A DNA stretch of 64,000 nt from a virus (Duplodnaviria; Caudoviricetes), in IMG/VR virus record IMGVR_UViG_3300006805_000023. One strand, 5' to 3'. Both the position numbers and the translations under genes were made by a program. Of this stretch, positions 61,351 to 64,000 are shown in pieces. Under the pieces are notes generated by a model. That model was not told the DNA's origin, ran no database searches, and saw only the letters and a program-made list of their open reading frames with translations. How positions within the stretch are numbered: the stretch's first letter is position 1; each line of letters opens with the position of its first letter.

Positions 61351-62384
61351 GATTGAGGGATGGAGGCGTTGCTTAGGCGTTCGAGTGCCTCGTCAACTAG
61401 GTCGGGGCGTCCTTTGGAAGAAAGCCAGCCGCGCACGGCGTCGTCCCAGTTCATCGCGGCTGCTGTGGCGCGCTGCGTCGGCATGGACTCAGGACGCTCA
61501 AGCAGGGGATGAGCCTTGACACCAAGAGTACGAGCAATCGTAGAGACCCGATCAACTTCGTGGGCGGTCGAGCACCTCACCTTGTAATAGCCAGGCTCCA
61601 GCGCGATGGCTTGGTCGAACTGATCAAAAACCAGATAATGAAACTGGTGGCCGGTGGTACGGATCGAGGTAATCACGCCGTTACGGTCCACCTTGATGAA
61701 GCGCTTGACGTCTCCAGACTCGTCGGACGTCACCTGATATGGAGAGCCCAGATAGGTCACTTTGTCGGTGAGCGACTGTGGCTTGTGGAAGTGGCCCAGG
61801 AACACGTGGTCGAACTTGTCTGGGTGGAGGTCCTCGATTCCGAGCGCCCCCTCGAACAAAGACGAGGCCAGCATGGCTCCGGAGACACCCTGGTGGAGGC
61901 ACAGGAAACGCTTTCCGACGTGCTTAGGTCCGAGAGCGGCTACTACGTGCTGCAAGCGCTCCTTGAGCGCGTCCGTGTCGTCCGTGTAGGCAAAGAAGAT
62001 GTACTGGTTGCCGTCGATCTCCAGGATGGCATGGTCGGACACCACGGTAACACTGCCGAGCAGCTCAAAAGGCTTGAGGGCGTGGATGGTGCCGGACCTG
62101 CTGTAGTGGTCATGATTGCCAGCCACCAAAATGAGCTTGACCCCCTTGTCGCGGACCCTGCCGATCCACTCAGAGACAGCGAACATCACTGAGGTGTCCA
62201 CGGCACGTTGGGTCTCAAACAAGTCGCCCAGAACCACGATGGTGTCGCCCTTCTTGGCCGGAGCCAGCACCTGATCGAGGGCGTGAATTCCGTCCTGCAG
62301 CCGGTTGGAAAACCCGGTCGGCAGGAGCGTCCCGAAAGAACTGTGGTTGTGCAGCTGCAGATCTGCTGTTAGGAACACGCTCAT
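61347..62384 (-). CDS. sbcD: SbcD/Mre11 (T4 gp47-like) recombination nuclease
   Basis: TADLQ, LGDLF, AGNHD, LHQG, LGHFH...YLGSPYQ. Confidence 0.88.
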   Translation of the reverse strand: MSVFLTADLQLHNHSSFGTLLPTGFSNRLQDGIHALDQVLAPAKKGDTIVVLGDLFETQRAVDTSVMFAVSEWIGRVRDKGVKLILVAGNHDHYSRSGTIHALKPFELLGSVTVVSDHAILEIDGNQYIFFAYTDDTDALKERLQHVVAALGPKHVGKRFLCLHQGVSGAMLASSLFEGALGIEDLHPDKFDHVFLGHFHKPQSLTDKVTYLGSPYQVTSDESGDVKRFIKVDRNGVITSIRTTGHQFHYLVFDQFDQAIALEPGYYKVRCSTAHEVDRVSTIARTLGVKAHPLLERPESMPTQRATAAAMNWDDAVRGWLSSKGRPDLVDEALERLSNASIPQS

Positions 62385-62698
62385 TCTCTGATGGGCTCTC
62401 CTGGGCTTGATGGAGCAACGCCAGCTGGGAGGATGTTGATGAACTCCGGAAGGGTGAACTTAAGAAGTTCCTCGTTAACCTGCTCGACCTTCATAGGGAG
62501 CTGGGTAGGTACAAAGTCAGAGACCTTGACGACCAAGCTGGGTGAGTCGAGCTTCAGCATGGCACAACGAAGGGCCGACGAGAGGTACTGGACTTCATGA
62601 TCACGACCTTCGGCTTCACCGAGTCGGCGCAGCAGGGCGACCTTGAGGGAGTCACTGAGGTTGCTATTGACGATCTCTTGCACGTCTTTATTCATCAT
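62381..62698 (-). CDS. Hypothetical protein (105 aa)
   Basis: ATGA-coupled. Confidence 0.7.
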   Translation of the reverse strand: MMNKDVQEIVNSNLSDSLKVALLRRLGEAEGRDHEVQYLSSALRCAMLKLDSPSLVVKVSDFVPTQLPMKVEQVNEELLKFTLPEFINILPAGVAPSSPGEPIRE

Positions 62699-62721
62699 AG
62701 ACCGGGCAAGAAAGCAGATTC

Positions 62722-62910
62722 TCAGCCTGTCGAGCGAATAAACTCGACGACGCTGTCCGGTATGTCGTCCACGTCCGGATAGGACTTGGAACGAGCCCGG
62801 TGCGTCTGGATGTACCAGCCCTTGTCGTCGCGTTTGAGCCCGACCCCGTCGAGGCGCTCCGGCTTGAGCGCTTCAAACAGAGCTGATAGGGTGCGCAGGA
62901 CTGAGGTCAT
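62722..62910 (-). CDS. Small phage protein (GWYIQTHRARSKSY type)
   Basis: Operon position. Confidence 0.65.
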   Translation of the reverse strand: MTSVLRTLSALFEALKPERLDGVGLKRDDKGWYIQTHRARSKSYPDVDDIPDSVVEFIRSTG

Positions 62911-62919
62911 CCCCGATAG

Positions 62920-63207
62920 TTAGGGCTTCACCAGCCACTCAAACCGCAGGTGGTTGTCGCCACACAGCACGGGCTCCCAGCCAGCGTCCTTGATCATGCT
63001 GCGGACGCGGCTGAACAGGCACCCCTGGTGACTACCGTCTGGGCTCTTCGGCCAAGTCTTCAAGGCCCTGCCGTCGTAGTGGACGGAGGCATGAATCACT
63101 TTTCCGGGGAGCTCAACTAGGGTTGTGCCTAGGATGAAATCAAGGGCCTCCAGCTTCTCAATAAGCTTGAGGAGCCCCACGTTTCGGTTTCTCAGTGTAC
63201 ATTCCAC
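62920..63207 (-). CDS. Hypothetical protein (95 aa)
   Basis: Operon position; overlaps the upstream gene by 50 nt. Confidence 0.55.
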   Translation of the reverse strand: MECTLRNRNVGLLKLIEKLEALDFILGTTLVELPGKVIHASVHYDGRALKTWPKSPDGSHQGCLFSRVRSMIKDAGWEPVLCGDNHLRFEWLVKP

Positions 63208-63961
63208 GGGCTGAAGTAGTTGTGTCGATGGTGACGCTCTCGATGGCCTGATCGAAGTCGGCCATTGGGAAGGCCTTGAGGGCCGAGTCTGGGTTGCAGT
63301 TGAAGACCTCGAATCCGACCTTCAAGAAATACTCCTGCAACTGGGTGAAGCGGTTGATCAGAAGCCCGTAGGAACTGTTGTTGCCCTTGATGGCACCCGT
63401 GGTGCGCTCTTCGTCAAAGAAGTACTTGGCGGTCTCAGACATGTTGAAGTCGCAGCCAAGAAGGTAGAGCTTCTTGAAGCCGAGCAGATGGATGATCCGG
63501 ACAGCTGACAGCATGCAGGAACGACCGCCACCAAGGTCGGAGTGATTGCCCCAGTTGATGGTCTGCTCACTCAGGTACTGGGCAGCGAGGAAGCGCTCGT
63601 TGCGGCGGAAGCCGATCACGTTCGGGTGCTGCCACACCTGTGGCCCTTCTTGGTTGGTCTGAGGATTCCAGGTCGGCTTGGAGAAATGCGAGTATGGAAT
63701 GAACTTCATGATGTTCGGGTTACGCCAGATCTCCGGCATAAACCGGGTCGGGTCGTCCACACAAGTCCACATGTTGGGAGTAAGGCTGTGACCACCGTTG
63801 TTGACGCCGAATAACACGACGCCGGTCTGCTTGAGCTTGAGCTTGTCGATTTTGTTGAGGCTTGGCCCGTTGAGTGCCAGGAAGCAGGTCTGACCACGGT
63901 ACAACCCGAGGAGGTCGATCGGAGCCCCGTCGTGCCGGAAGAACATCGGAGTGCCACGCAT
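63158..63961 (-). CDS. Maf/MptE-like (GT42 sialyltransferase-like fold) glycosyltransferase; may extend past the window end
   Basis: FLALNGPSL...FGVNN...CVD...SCMLSAVRI..LLGFKKLYLLGCDF...VFNCN; frame stays open to 64000. Confidence 0.75.
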   Translation of the reverse strand: MRGTPMFFRHDGAPIDLLGLYRGQTCFLALNGPSLNKIDKLKLKQTGVVLFGVNNGGHSLTPNMWTCVDDPTRFMPEIWRNPNIMKFIPYSHFSKPTWNPQTNQEGPQVWQHPNVIGFRRNERFLAAQYLSEQTINWGNHSDLGGGRSCMLSAVRIIHLLGFKKLYLLGCDFNMSETAKYFFDEERTTGAIKGNNSSYGLLINRFTQLQEYFLKVGFEVFNCNPDSALKAFPMADFDQAIESVTIDTTTSARGMYTEKPKRGAPQAY

Positions 63962-64000
63962 GGCGTCCGGCTCAGGCAGCTTGCCAATACCACGTTGACC

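Noticed and set aside
62360-62375. SbcD motif I reads DLQ instead of DxH
   Set aside because: The other four motifs are intact, and a single substitution is too weak to claim altered function.
1-64000. tRNA or rRNA genes; stop-codon reassignment
   Set aside because: No cloverleaf or T-loop signatures seen; conserved genes are intact in code 11 and end in all three stop codons.

Overview
A 64-kb segment of a large, GC-rich, T4-like (myovirus-type) phage genome, with no tRNA, rRNA or CRISPR array seen. The left ~20 kb is a dense accessory region of mostly unknown small genes plus folA and two homing-endonuclease-related genes. The rest interleaves replication and recombination genes (DnaB/gp41-like helicase with a LAGLIDADG intein, DinG-like helicase, UvsY-like protein, primase, SbcD/gp47-like nuclease, HU-like and HIRAN proteins) with virion genes (gp13-like neck, gp15-like terminator, baseplate wedge and hub, PAAR, tube-like protein, tail fibres, Ig/LamG and Ser-rich proteins). 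It also encodes a sigma-factor-like and a Mor-like regulator, a lone TnpB, a SWIM-finger protein with a second intein, and a Maf/GT42-like glycosyltransferase. Main observations: (1) a coupled three-ORF cassette at 4250-4895 in which two paralogous twin-arginine (RRGFL) leaders are each fused to a different conserved fragment of a T4-type major capsid protein, one matching the Gol region, with further Pol A and portal/capsid-like snippets in nearby accessory proteins (possible decoys or mimics); (2) two promoter classes placed 4-7 nt before start codons, TTGACA-N17-TAnnnT on accessory genes and TAnnT(A/G)T on virion genes, suggesting largely leaderless expression; (3) long poly-Ser tracts on four virion proteins together with a Maf-like glycosyltransferase, a candidate virion O-glycosylation system; (4) a shared N-terminal motif resembling a capsid-targeting signal. 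All family assignments come from motif recognition by eye; no database search was run.
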